A DNA stretch of 32,000 bases. It comes from Gemmata obscuriglobus. GTDB lineage: Bacteria; Planctomycetota; Planctomycetia; Gemmatales; Gemmataceae. The DNA is taken from positions 7,290,001 through 7,322,000 of the forward strand of contig NZ_CP042911.1 of the NCBI RefSeq assembly GCF_008065095.1, read 5' to 3'. Shown here one piece after another: positions 8,283-17,071 of the stretch. The position numbers were made by a program, and so were the translations under genes. The notes below the pieces were generated by a model. That model did not search any database. It worked only from the letters and a program-made list of their open reading frames with translations, and had not been told where the DNA came from. The first letter of the stretch is position 1. Every line of letters begins with the position of its first letter.

Positions 8283-8519
8283 CTGCCGGATCTCCACTCG
8301 ATACCCTTCTAACCGCAATCGGATAGCGACCACTTCGGCGCGGGCGTGCAGGTGATAGACCCCGTGACTCGTCCACTTTCCGCCGCGTGTGGCGAGCACC
8401 TCGAACCGATGGTGAGGCAGGATGGTCGGGGCGCCGGCATCGGCGGTGGAAGCCGTTGCCGCCCAACCCGTCAGAGTCACGACCGCGAGCACAACCGTCG
8501 GCAGCAGTTTGCGAAACAT
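8277..8519 (-). CDS. Small secreted hypothetical protein (80 aa) with signal peptide
   Basis: ATG at 8517-8519 with GAGGAG 8 nt upstream. MFRKLLPTVVLAVVTLTGWAATASTADA is a signal peptide, followed by a short His-rich beta-like domain. The longer 213-aa track ORF extension is not protein-like. Confidence 0.7.
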   Translation of the reverse strand: MFRKLLPTVVLAVVTLTGWAATASTADAGAPTILPHHRFEVLATRGGKWTSHGVYHLHARAEVVAIRLRLEGYRVEIRQF

Positions 8520-9031
8520 GTTCGGGCTCCTCGTGAGCGTTTGGTCCGTCCTTCCTTCTGCGAGGTGGACGTTCGGGCGGGCGGACATTGCGCGCCGCGA
8601 CGGTTTCATTCCGGCTTCACAGACTTCAGCCTCGGGACGCACGGGCACCGGATTTTGGTTTGCATGAAAGGCCCGTTTCCGGCGGGAGTAGAAGTGAGTG
8701 AAGGCACAGTCAACGACGTGCCACGAGGTCATGACGAAAGCGGTTCGCCTCCGGGTCCGGTCGATAACAGTGCTCCGGCTACTTCCCAGCCCCTCAACTT
8801 CCGCAGCGAACGCTCGATCGTCGTCCCGCGGTCGTAGGGGATCAAGGCTGGCGTGCTTCTTGGTACAGGTCACATCTTCATAATCTTTGCTCGTCGCGGC
8901 GCAGTGCCGTCGCTGCACTGTCGGTGTGGGCGCGGCGGCTCGTCATAATCCGGTCACTTGGGACGCCAGGTTCCTGGAACGTGTGAACGGCTTGTGCGGT
9001 CGCGCCGTGAACGAACGGCTCGTCTCCAAAC

Positions 9032-12000
9032 GTGCCACCGGGCATCGGCCCTGATGCGATAAAATGCCCTTCGGCAAACCACTTGCTACACTCACCCCAC
9101 GACAGCGCGGTTTGGCGACCGGCACTGCCGGCGAACGCCACCGGACGCACCGCTCAGGTGGCCCGCTTCGCAGAGGATTCGGTGATCACTCAAGACCCCA
9201 TCAGCATTCTGCTCGTCGACCACAGGCCGGAGAACCTAACCGCCCGAGAAGCCGACCTCGGCGACCTCGGCCAGCACCTCGTCCGCGCCGGCTCCGCCGC
9301 GGAGGCACTCGAGCGGGTGCTCCAGACCGACTTCGCCGTCATCCTCATTGAAGTGGAACTGGCCGGGGTGTCGGGGTTCGAGGTGGCGAAGGGCCTCCGC
9401 GCCCGCGACCGCAGCCGGCACACCCCGATCATTTTCATCAGCGCCGGCGCGAGCGGCGCGCTCCCGGTGGAAGAGGCTTACGCGCTCGGGGCGGTGGACT
9501 ACCTCGTCGAGCCGATCGCTCCGGTGGTTCTGCGGGCCAAGGTGTCGGTGTTCGTCGAACTGGCCCGGCGCACCCGCGAGGCCCGCGCGGCGGATCGGCT
9601 CCGGCTCTGGCAGACGGCGCTGGCCAGCATCGGGGACGGGGTCGTCACCACCGACGCGGCCGGGCGCGTCACCTTCCTCAACCCGGTAGCGGAGGGCCTC
9701 ACCGGCTGGGCGGCCGCCGACGCCCGCGGGCGGCCGCTCACCGAGGTGTTCCGCATCGTCAACGAGACGACCCGAAAGGCGGTCGAGAACCCGGCCCTGC
9801 GCGCCCTCCAGACCGGGACCATCGTCGGGCTGGCGAACCACACCGTCCTCATCGCCCGGGACGGCTCCGAGCGCCCGATCGACGATTCGGCGTCGCCGAT
9901 CCGCGACGAGACCGGGGCGGTCGCCGGCGCGGTCCTGGTGTTCCGCGACATCACCGAGCGGAAGAAGGCCGAGATCGCCCAGGCCCGCCTCGCGGCCATC
10001 GTCGAGTCGTCCGACGACGCGATCATCGGCAAGGACCTGGACGGCACGATACGGTCGTGGAACCGCGGGGCCGAGCGGGCGTTCGGGTACACCGCCGCCG
10101 AGGCCGTCGGGAGGTCCATCACCCTCCTCGTCCCGCCGGAGCGGCTCGGCGAGGAGCGGGACATCCTGGACCGGCTGGGTCGGGGCGAGCGGGTCGAGCA
10201 GTTCGAGACGGTTCGGGTGCGGAAGGACGGCCGGCGGGTGGACGTGGCACTGACCGTGTCGCCGATCCGCGACGCCGAGGGGCACATCACCGGGGCCTCC
10301 AAGGTCGCGCGCGACGTGACCGCCGCCAAGCGGGCCGAGCGGACGCGGGCGGCCGCCCTTCAGGCGGGCGAGGTCGGCACCTACCACTGGGATGTCGCGG
10401 CCGATCGGATCACCGGGGACCGCAACTTCGCAGCCATTTTCGGGGTCCTCACCGATGACCGGCCCGCGGCCCCGGTGGGCGACTTCCTGACCGTCATCCA
10501 CCCCGACGACCGGGACCGGGTCGGGGCCGAGATCCGCCGCACGCTCGACACCGGCGCGCCGTTCCGCAGCGAGTACCGGGTGACCGGCCCGGCCGGGGAG
10601 CGGTGGCTGGTGGCCCGCGGGACCGTGGAACGGGCCGCGGACGGCGGGGCCGTCAGTTGGGCCGGGGTGGTGATCGACATCACCGACCGGAAGCGGGCCG
10701 AGAACGACCTGGCCGCGAGCCGCGCGCGGCTCGACTACGCGGTCCGCGCGTCCGGGATCGGGTTCTGGTACTGCGACCTGCCGTTCGACGTGCTCCAGTG
10801 GGACGAGCGGGTGAAGGCGCACTTCTGGCTGCCGCCCGACGCCCGCGTCACCATCGACACGTTCTACGACCGCATCCACCCCGACGACCGCGAGCCGACC
10901 CGGGCCGCCATCGAGCGGAGCATCGCCGACCGCGCCGGGTACGACGTTCACTACCGCACGGTCGACCCGGGCACGGGCGCCGAGAAGTGGGTCCGGGCGA
11001 TCGGGGGGACGTACTACGACGAGGCCGGCGCGCCGAAGCGGTTCGACGGGGTGACCCTGGACGTGACCGACCAGCGGCGGGCCGAGGCCGCGGTCCGGGA
11101 GAGCAGCGACCGGTTCGCCATCGTCGCCCGCGCGACCAACGACGCGGTCTGGGACTGGGACATGCGGACCAACGGGGTGTGGTGGAACGAGGGCGTCACC
11201 ACCCTGTTCGGCCACGCGCGTCACGACGTGGGCGGGGACGCCGCCTGGTGGTACGAGCACATCCACCCGGACGACCGGGAGCGGGTGGTCACCGGCGTCC
11301 ACGCGGTCATCGACCGCGGCGGGGCGAGCTGGTCCGACGAGTACCGGTTCCGGAAAGCGGACGGCGGCTACGCCACCGTACTCGACCGCGGGCACGCGAT
11401 CCACGAGGGCGGGAAGACCGTCCGCCTGGTCGGGGCGATGCAGGACGTGACCGAGCGGCGCCGGGCGGAGGAGCAGTTGCGGGACAGCGAGCAGCGGTTC
11501 CGGTCCCTGTTCGAGTCGATGGACGAGGGGTACTGCGTGGTCGAGCCGGTGCTCGACCCGGCCGGGGCGGCGGTCGATTACCGCTACCTCCTGGTCAACC
11601 CGGCGCTCGAGGCCCACACCGGGCTCAAGGACATCGTCGGCAGGACGGCCCGCGAGATCATGCCGACCCACGAGCGGCACTGGATCGAAGGGTACGCCCG
11701 GGTGGCGGAAACCGGCCGGCCGTTCCGGCGCACCGACCGGGTGGCCGACCTCGGGCGGTGGTTCGACGTGTCCGCGTTCCGGGTCGGCCCCCCCGGGAGC
11801 CGCCAGGTGGGGGTGCTGTTCACCGACATCTCGGACCGCAAGCGGGCCGAGGCCATGTTGCGCGAGAAGGACGAGCGGCTCCAGCTCCTGGTCGACCGCG
11901 CGCGGGACTACGCGGTGCTCGTAACCGACCGGGACGGGCGGGTGATCGAGTGGGCCGGGGGGGCCGAGGGCATCACCGGGTTCGCCCCCGCCGACGTCCT

Positions 12001-13879
12001 CGGACGACCGGCGGACGTCATCTTTACTCCTGCGGACCGCGCGGCCGGGGTGCCCGCCCGGGAGATGGAGTTGGCCGCCCGCGAGGGGCGGGCCGAGGAC
12101 AAGCGGTGGCACGTGCGAAAGGACGGGAGCGAGTTCTTCGCCGACGGGGTGATGGTGCCGCTCCGGGACGAAGACGGGGCGCTGCACGGGTTCGGCAAGG
12201 TGTTCCGGGACGCGACCCCGCGCAAGCGGACCGAGGAAGGGGTCCAGTTCCTGGCCGACGCCAGCGCGAGTCTGGCCGAACTGGTGGACTACCAGAGCAC
12301 CCTCCAGCGGATCGCCAACCTGGCGGTCGGCGGGTTCGCCGACTGGTGCGTGGTGGACCTGGTCGACGAGGACGGGCGGCGGGAGCGGCTGGCGGTCACC
12401 GCGGCCGAGCCGGCGGACGTGTCGGCGGCCCGGGCGGCCGACACGCCCGCCGACCCGGCGGGCGCAGCGGAGGTGGTGCCGCACGTGCTGCGGACGGGCG
12501 AGCCGGAGGTCGTCACCGACCTGGCCGAGGCGGACCCGGCCACCGCCCCGCAGGGGCCGGAGCGGCTCGAGAAGCTGCGGGCGCTGGGCGTCCGGTCGTA
12601 CATGTGTGTCCCGCTCCGCTCCCGCGGCCGGGTCATCGGCGGGATGACGTTCCTCAGCTCGTCCCCCCGCCGCCGGTTCGGTCCCGACGAACTGCGGGTC
12701 GCGCAGAACCTGGCCGAGCGGGTGACGGTGGCGATCGAGAACGCCCAGCTCTACCGCACGCTCCAAGAGCAGGACCGGCGGAAGGACGAGTTCCTCGCCA
12801 CCCTGGCGCACGAACTCCGCAACCCGCTCGCGCCGGTGCGCAACGGGGTGCAGATCCTGCGGCTCAGCGGCGTCGGGGAGGCCGCGGGCCGCACCCTGAA
12901 CATGATGGACCGCCAGCTCGGGCACCTCACGCACCTGGTCGACGACCTGATGGACGTGGCCCGGGTGTCGAGCGGCAAGGTGGTGCTGCGGAACGACCGG
13001 GTCTCCCTGAAAGCGGTGGTGGACGCGGCGGTGGAGACGAGCCGCCAGGCGGTGGAAGCGGCCGGGCACGAGTTCGTGCTGCGGGTGGCGGCCGAGCCGC
13101 TGCTGCTCAGCGCCGACCACACCCGGCTGGTGCAGGTGCTGGCGAACCTGTTGAACAACGCCGCCAAGTACACGCCCCAGGGCGGGCGGATCGTGCTGTC
13201 CGCACAGCGCGACGGGGGCGACGCGGTGGTCACCGTCTCGGACACCGGGGTGGGCATCCCGGCCGACATGCTGCCCAAGGTGTTCGAGCTGTTCGCCCAG
13301 GTGGGCACGTCGATCGAGCGGAGCCAGGGCGGGCTGGGGATCGGGCTGACGCTGGTTAAGCGACTGGTGGAGATGCACGGCGGGACCGTGCGCGCGGAGA
13401 GCCCCGGGCCGGGGCGGGGCAGCACGTTCACCGTCCGCCTGCCGCTGGCCGCCGCGCCCGCGGACGCGCCGGCGCTCCTGCGGGCGCCGGGCGGCGGGGC
13501 CGCCAACCGGCTCGACATCCTGGTGGTGGACGACAACCGGGACGCGGCCGAGAGCATGGCCCTGCTGCTGGAGATGCGCGGGCACCGGGTGAAGGCCGCC
13601 CACGACGGCCCCGAGGCGCTGAAGCTGCTCGCCACGTACCGGCCGCAGCTCATCCTGCTCGACCTCGGGCTGCCGGGGATGAGCGGTTACGAGGTCGCCC
13701 GCCGCATCCGCGAGAGCGCGGCGCTGCGCGGAGTGACGCTGGCCGCGCTGACCGGATGGGGGCAGGAGGAGGACCGGCGGCGGACGAAAGAGGCCGGGTT
13801 CGACCACCACCTCACGAAACCGGCCGACCCGGCCGAACTGGAGCGCATCGTAACCGGCGTGCAGGCAGGCGGGAGATGA
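9032..13879 (+). CDS. Hybrid sensor histidine kinase/response regulator: degenerate N-terminal receiver, 7 PAS/PAC modules, GAF, HisKA, HATPase_c, canonical C-terminal receiver
   Basis: Seven PAS modules each end in ...D(I/V)T(E/D)RK(K/R)AE-type boundaries. The H-box is DEFLATLAHELRNPL (His codon 12809-12811), the N-box is NLLNNAAKYT, and the G-boxes are DTGVGI and GGLGIGL. The C-terminal REC has VVDDN, LLDLGLPGMSG (Asp codon 13661-13663), ALTGWG and HLTKP. The track start at 9032 is GTG. In-frame GTG at 9182, preceded by AGAGGA, is a more likely start because the receiver begins at ISILLVDH. Confidence 0.95.
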   Translation: MPPGIGPDAIKCPSANHLLHSPHDSAVWRPALPANATGRTAQVARFAEDSVITQDPISILLVDHRPENLTAREADLGDLGQHLVRAGSAAEALERVLQTDFAVILIEVELAGVSGFEVAKGLRARDRSRHTPIIFISAGASGALPVEEAYALGAVDYLVEPIAPVVLRAKVSVFVELARRTREARAADRLRLWQTALASIGDGVVTTDAAGRVTFLNPVAEGLTGWAAADARGRPLTEVFRIVNETTRKAVENPALRALQTGTIVGLANHTVLIARDGSERPIDDSASPIRDETGAVAGAVLVFRDITERKKAEIAQARLAAIVESSDDAIIGKDLDGTIRSWNRGAERAFGYTAAEAVGRSITLLVPPERLGEERDILDRLGRGERVEQFETVRVRKDGRRVDVALTVSPIRDAEGHITGASKVARDVTAAKRAERTRAAALQAGEVGTYHWDVAADRITGDRNFAAIFGVLTDDRPAAPVGDFLTVIHPDDRDRVGAEIRRTLDTGAPFRSEYRVTGPAGERWLVARGTVERAADGGAVSWAGVVIDITDRKRAENDLAASRARLDYAVRASGIGFWYCDLPFDVLQWDERVKAHFWLPPDARVTIDTFYDRIHPDDREPTRAAIERSIADRAGYDVHYRTVDPGTGAEKWVRAIGGTYYDEAGAPKRFDGVTLDVTDQRRAEAAVRESSDRFAIVARATNDAVWDWDMRTNGVWWNEGVTTLFGHARHDVGGDAAWWYEHIHPDDRERVVTGVHAVIDRGGASWSDEYRFRKADGGYATVLDRGHAIHEGGKTVRLVGAMQDVTERRRAEEQLRDSEQRFRSLFESMDEGYCVVEPVLDPAGAAVDYRYLLVNPALEAHTGLKDIVGRTAREIMPTHERHWIEGYARVAETGRPFRRTDRVADLGRWFDVSAFRVGPPGSRQVGVLFTDISDRKRAEAMLREKDERLQLLVDRARDYAVLVTDRDGRVIEWAGGAEGITGFAPADVLGRPADVIFTPADRAAGVPAREMELAAREGRAEDKRWHVRKDGSEFFADGVMVPLRDEDGALHGFGKVFRDATPRKRTEEGVQFLADASASLAELVDYQSTLQRIANLAVGGFADWCVVDLVDEDGRRERLAVTAAEPADVSAARAADTPADPAGAAEVVPHVLRTGEPEVVTDLAEADPATAPQGPERLEKLRALGVRSYMCVPLRSRGRVIGGMTFLSSSPRRRFGPDELRVAQNLAERVTVAIENAQLYRTLQEQDRRKDEFLATLAHELRNPLAPVRNGVQILRLSGVGEAAGRTLNMMDRQLGHLTHLVDDLMDVARVSSGKVVLRNDRVSLKAVVDAAVETSRQAVEAAGHEFVLRVAAEPLLLSADHTRLVQVLANLLNNAAKYTPQGGRIVLSAQRDGGDAVVTVSDTGVGIPADMLPKVFELFAQVGTSIERSQGGLGIGLTLVKRLVEMHGGTVRAESPGPGRGSTFTVRLPLAAAPADAPALLRAPGGGAANRLDILVVDDNRDAAESMALLLEMRGHRVKAAHDGPEALKLLATYRPQLILLDLGLPGMSGYEVARRIRESAALRGVTLAALTGWGQEEDRRRTKEAGFDHHLTKPADPAELERIVTGVQAGGR

Positions 13880-13959
13880 TGTGCCGCGGACACATACGAA
13901 ACATCGCCCTCAATGATAATCAACCATCGAGAAGCCATTACTGAAATCGAATGCGCTTT

Positions 13960-14009
13960 GAGCGGCCCGGCCGCTCATACATGAACCCGCCGCGGGTTCA
14001 TGTATGAGC
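13960..14009 (+). terminator. Two overlapping perfect hairpins downstream of the sensor kinase (terminator-like, no U-tract)
   Basis: gagcggc-ccg-gccgctc lies at 13960-13976. It overlaps a 37-nt perfect palindrome, gctcatacatgaaccc gccgc gggttcatgtatgagc, at 13973-14009. The pair sits 81 nt after the kinase stop codon and 136 nt before the ATP-grasp start. Confidence 0.35.
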
Positions 14010-14144
14010 CCCTTCATCGAGCCTTGGTGCGACCCGCCGTCGCTTTGGACCGTAGTGCCAGCCGAGCGGAACTCATTCCGCCCAGAGTTCTTAGCGGCGG
14101 ACGCCCGGGCGGCTACAATTGGCGCCATCCCCCGAGGAGCGCCG

Positions 14145-15095
14145 ATGCGCAAGCCGTTCGCGATCTACCACGAGCACCCCGACTGGTTCCGCCCGCTGTT
14201 CGCGGAACTCACGCGCCGCGAGATCCCTTACGTTCAGCTCGACCCGCGGGCGCACGTCTACGACCCGAGCGAAAAGCAGTCGCCATACGCCCTGGTGTTC
14301 AACCGGATGAGCCCGTCGGCGTACCTGCGCGGCGGGGTGCAGGGGATGTTCTTCACGGTCGCGTACATGGCGCACCTGGAACGTCTCGGCGTGCCGGTCG
14401 TGAACGGGGTGAACGGCTTCTCCATCGAGCTTTCCAAGGCCCGGCAACTCACGCTGCTCGAATCGCTCGGGCTGGGCTATCCGAAGGCGCGGGTCATCAA
14501 CCACGCATCAAAGGCGGTGGACGCGGCGGACGGGTTGCGGTTCCCGGTGGTGGTGAAGGCGAACATCGGCGGCAGCGGCGCCGGGATCGTGAAGTACCTC
14601 GGCCGCGAATCGCTGGCCGAGTCCGTGGCCGCGAACCAGGTCGATTTGGGCGTGGATTACACCGCGCTGGTTCAGGAGTTCGTCCCGGCCCGCGGCGGGC
14701 ACATCACGCGCGTCGAAACGCTCGGCGGGAAATTCCTCTACGCGATCAAGGTGTACACCACCGGCGAGTCGTTCAACCTGTGCCCCGCGGACATCTGCCA
14801 GCGCGCCGACGGGGTGGAACTGGTCCGCGCGGCGTGCCCGATCGACGCGCCCAAGACCGGCCTGAAGGTGGAGGGCTACACGCCGCCCCCGGAAGTGATT
14901 GCGGCTTGTGAGAAGATCATGCAGGTCGCCGGGATCGACGTGGGCGGCATCGAGTACATGACCGACGACCGCGACGGCCGGATCGTTTACTACGACATCA
15001 ACGCGCTGTCCAACTTCGTCGCCGACGCGCCGAACGTGGTGGGGTTCGACCCCTTCGCGCAGCTGGTCGATTACCTCGTGAAGCGTGCGGCCTGA
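14145..15095 (+). CDS. ATP-grasp domain protein (RimK/glutathione-synthetase-like ligase)
   Basis: ATG at 14145 with GAGGAG 6 nt upstream; the track ORF starts earlier, at 14004. The layout is ATP-grasp-like: SKARQLTLLESLGLGYPKARV, FPVVVKANIGGSGAGIV, ALVQEFVP, GIEYMTDDRDGRIVYYDINALSNF. Confidence 0.85.
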   Translation: MRKPFAIYHEHPDWFRPLFAELTRREIPYVQLDPRAHVYDPSEKQSPYALVFNRMSPSAYLRGGVQGMFFTVAYMAHLERLGVPVVNGVNGFSIELSKARQLTLLESLGLGYPKARVINHASKAVDAADGLRFPVVVKANIGGSGAGIVKYLGRESLAESVAANQVDLGVDYTALVQEFVPARGGHITRVETLGGKFLYAIKVYTTGESFNLCPADICQRADGVELVRAACPIDAPKTGLKVEGYTPPPEVIAACEKIMQVAGIDVGGIEYMTDDRDGRIVYYDINALSNFVADAPNVVGFDPFAQLVDYLVKRAA

Positions 15096-15108
15096 TTGCT
15101 CTGCGGTT

Positions 15109-15232
15109 CTGGTCTTGAGTGTGGTCCGCTCGCTCCGCGAGCGGTCGCGAGGCGGTGCCGGCCGGATAACGTACAGCCGATCTGAGACCCGGAGCACCGC
15201 TCGCGGAGCGAGCGGACCACACTCAAGACCAG
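15109..15232. repeat. Perfect 37-bp inverted repeat with 50-nt spacer (MITE/REP-like)
   Basis: The left arm at 15109-15145 (ctggtcttgagtgtggtccgctcgctccgcgagcggt) is the exact reverse complement of 15196-15232. Each arm also contains its own 7-bp hairpin (ccgctcg / cgagcgg). It lies between the ATP-grasp and LLM genes. Confidence 0.9.
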
Positions 15233-15328
15233 AGCCATGCCAACAAACACCAACCACGAATCTCCGGCAGCGAACCGAACTCGATAGCCCGAGCGGGCCA
15301 GCGGCCCGCGCTCCACAGAGAAACGCAG

Positions 15329-16357
15329 ATGCGCTACGGCTACTGGATGCCCGTTTTCGGCGGGTGGCTGCGGAACGTCGACGACGAGAACATGTCCGCG
15401 ACCTGGGAGTACGCCAAAAAGTTGGCTCAGCGGTCCGAGCAGATCGGCTTCGATCTGTCGCTGGTCGCCGAACTGAACCTGAACGACATCAAGGGCGAGG
15501 ACGCGCCTTCCCTGGACGCGTGGAGCACCGCGGCGGCGCTCACGGCGGTCACGTCGAAGCTGGAACTGATGGTCGCGGTGCGGCCCACGTTCCACAACCC
15601 GGCGCTGCTGGCGAAGCAGGCCGCCAACATCGACCACATCGGCGGCGGCGGGCGGCTGTCGCTCAACGTGGTGTCGAGCTGGTGGCGAGACGAGGCGAAC
15701 AAGTACGCGGTGCAGTTCGAGCAGCACGACGACCGCTACGCCCGCACCGCGGAGTGGCTCGACGTGCTCGACGGCGTGTGGAAGCGGGACCACTTCAGCT
15801 TCGAGGGGAAGTTCTACAAGGTGCAGGACAACGTCCTTCAGCCGAAGCCGCTCACGAAACCGCGGCCCGTCATCTACGCGGGCGGCGAATCGGAGGCCGC
15901 GAAGAACCTGATCGCGAAGACGTGCGACGCCTACGTGATGCACGGCGACCCGCCCGAGAAGATCGCGGAGCGCATCACCGACATGCGCCGGCGGCGCGAG
16001 GGGTTCGGGCTGCCGCCGATGACCTACGGCGTGGCGGGGTACAGCATCGTCCGCAACACCGACGCCGAAGCGAAGGCCGAACTGGCCCGCATCACGGACG
16101 TGAAGCAGAGTGCCGCCGGTTACCACAACTACCAGCAGTGGCTCGCGGGCACGCAACTGGAGCAGCGGGTGTCGCTGGAAGACTACTCCGTCTCGAACCG
16201 CGGGTTGCGAAGTGGGCTGATCGGCACGCCGCAGCAGGTGCTCGACCGCGTGAAGGCGTTCGAGGCCGTCGGGGTGAACCTACTACTGTTGCAGTGCAGC
16301 CCGCAATTGGAGGAGATGGAACGCTTCGGTGAAGAGGTGATTCGGAAAAGTCGCTGA
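15329..16357 (+). CDS. LLM-class (luciferase-like) flavin-dependent monooxygenase, SsuD/SfnG-like
   Basis: ATG at 15329. MRYGYWMPVFGGWLRN..., GGGRLSLNVVSSWW and PRPVIYAGGESEAAKNLIAKTCDAYVMHG are typical of FMNH2-dependent sulfonate/sulfone monooxygenase-type LLM proteins. The subfamily assignment is from memory. Confidence 0.9.
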   Translation: MRYGYWMPVFGGWLRNVDDENMSATWEYAKKLAQRSEQIGFDLSLVAELNLNDIKGEDAPSLDAWSTAAALTAVTSKLELMVAVRPTFHNPALLAKQAANIDHIGGGGRLSLNVVSSWWRDEANKYAVQFEQHDDRYARTAEWLDVLDGVWKRDHFSFEGKFYKVQDNVLQPKPLTKPRPVIYAGGESEAAKNLIAKTCDAYVMHGDPPEKIAERITDMRRRREGFGLPPMTYGVAGYSIVRNTDAEAKAELARITDVKQSAAGYHNYQQWLAGTQLEQRVSLEDYSVSNRGLRSGLIGTPQQVLDRVKAFEAVGVNLLLLQCSPQLEEMERFGEEVIRKSR

Positions 16358-16366
16358 GGATGTCGG

Positions 16367-17065
16367 ATGACGCGAGAGGAATGGCTCACGTGCGCTGAGC
16401 CCGAGATTTTTACAGAGTTCCTCCGTGGCGGTCACAGTCAGCGCAAGCTGCGGCTATTTGCAGTTGCGATTGTGTCCCCCTTTGTTGACCTGCTCATCGA
16501 TTCGAGAAGCCGCGAGGCCGTTAACCTCGCGGAACACGTCGCTGATGCCCCTGAAATGGCGCATCGCTTACCGCTGACCTTTGAGCAGGCTTTCAACGCG
16601 ATATCTGATCTGCAAACTGATCGAGACGTTTGCGTGACTGCGGCCCATGCCGCAGGGCGGACGGTTGATCCCAACCCATCCGCGGTTGGTTGGATTACCT
16701 GGAACATGATCGAAGCCGTTCACGCGGAACTCAGCGAAGAGGGCGGAACCAACGAAGACGAACGCTATAACCTGTATTTTGGGGGCAGAGCACAGGGGAA
16801 AATACAACTGTCCAATATCCTTCGCGAAGTGTTCGGTAATCCGTTCCGACCCGTTCCGTTTGCCTCCGCCTGGCGCTCATCGGATGTGCTACTTCTCGCC
16901 GAGGGCATCTACACTGACCGCGCTTGGGACCGAATGCCTATCCTCGCGGACGCGCTTCAGGAAGCGGGGTGCGATTCCGCCGACCTCCTCAACCACCTGC
17001 GCGATCCCGACGCGACCCACGTGCGCGGCTGCTGGGCGCTCGACCTCGTTCTGGGCAAGGAGTGA
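16367..17065 (+). CDS. Hypothetical protein, paralog 1 of the tandem pair (family with GNPF..PV.F...WR and PILADALQxAGC...HVRGCWALDLVLG motifs)
   Basis: ATG at 16367, 9 nt after the LLM stop, with GAGGA 6 nt upstream. It aligns by eye to the downstream gene at both termini. Composition is atypical: 34/60, 33/60 and 29/60 G+C in three sampled windows. Confidence 0.8.
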   Translation: MTREEWLTCAEPEIFTEFLRGGHSQRKLRLFAVAIVSPFVDLLIDSRSREAVNLAEHVADAPEMAHRLPLTFEQAFNAISDLQTDRDVCVTAAHAAGRTVDPNPSAVGWITWNMIEAVHAELSEEGGTNEDERYNLYFGGRAQGKIQLSNILREVFGNPFRPVPFASAWRSSDVLLLAEGIYTDRAWDRMPILADALQEAGCDSADLLNHLRDPDATHVRGCWALDLVLGKE

Positions 17066-17071
17066 GGCCCG

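Noticed and set aside
9236-13810. 1524-aa ORF on the - strand, and a 918-aa + strand ORF at 10603..13359, both inside the sensor kinase gene
   Set aside because: Their translations are extremely Arg/Pro/Gly/Val-rich with no domain motifs. The frame at 9032..13879 encodes a complete, motif-perfect hybrid kinase. Long stop-free antisense or off-frame ORFs are expected at this GC content.
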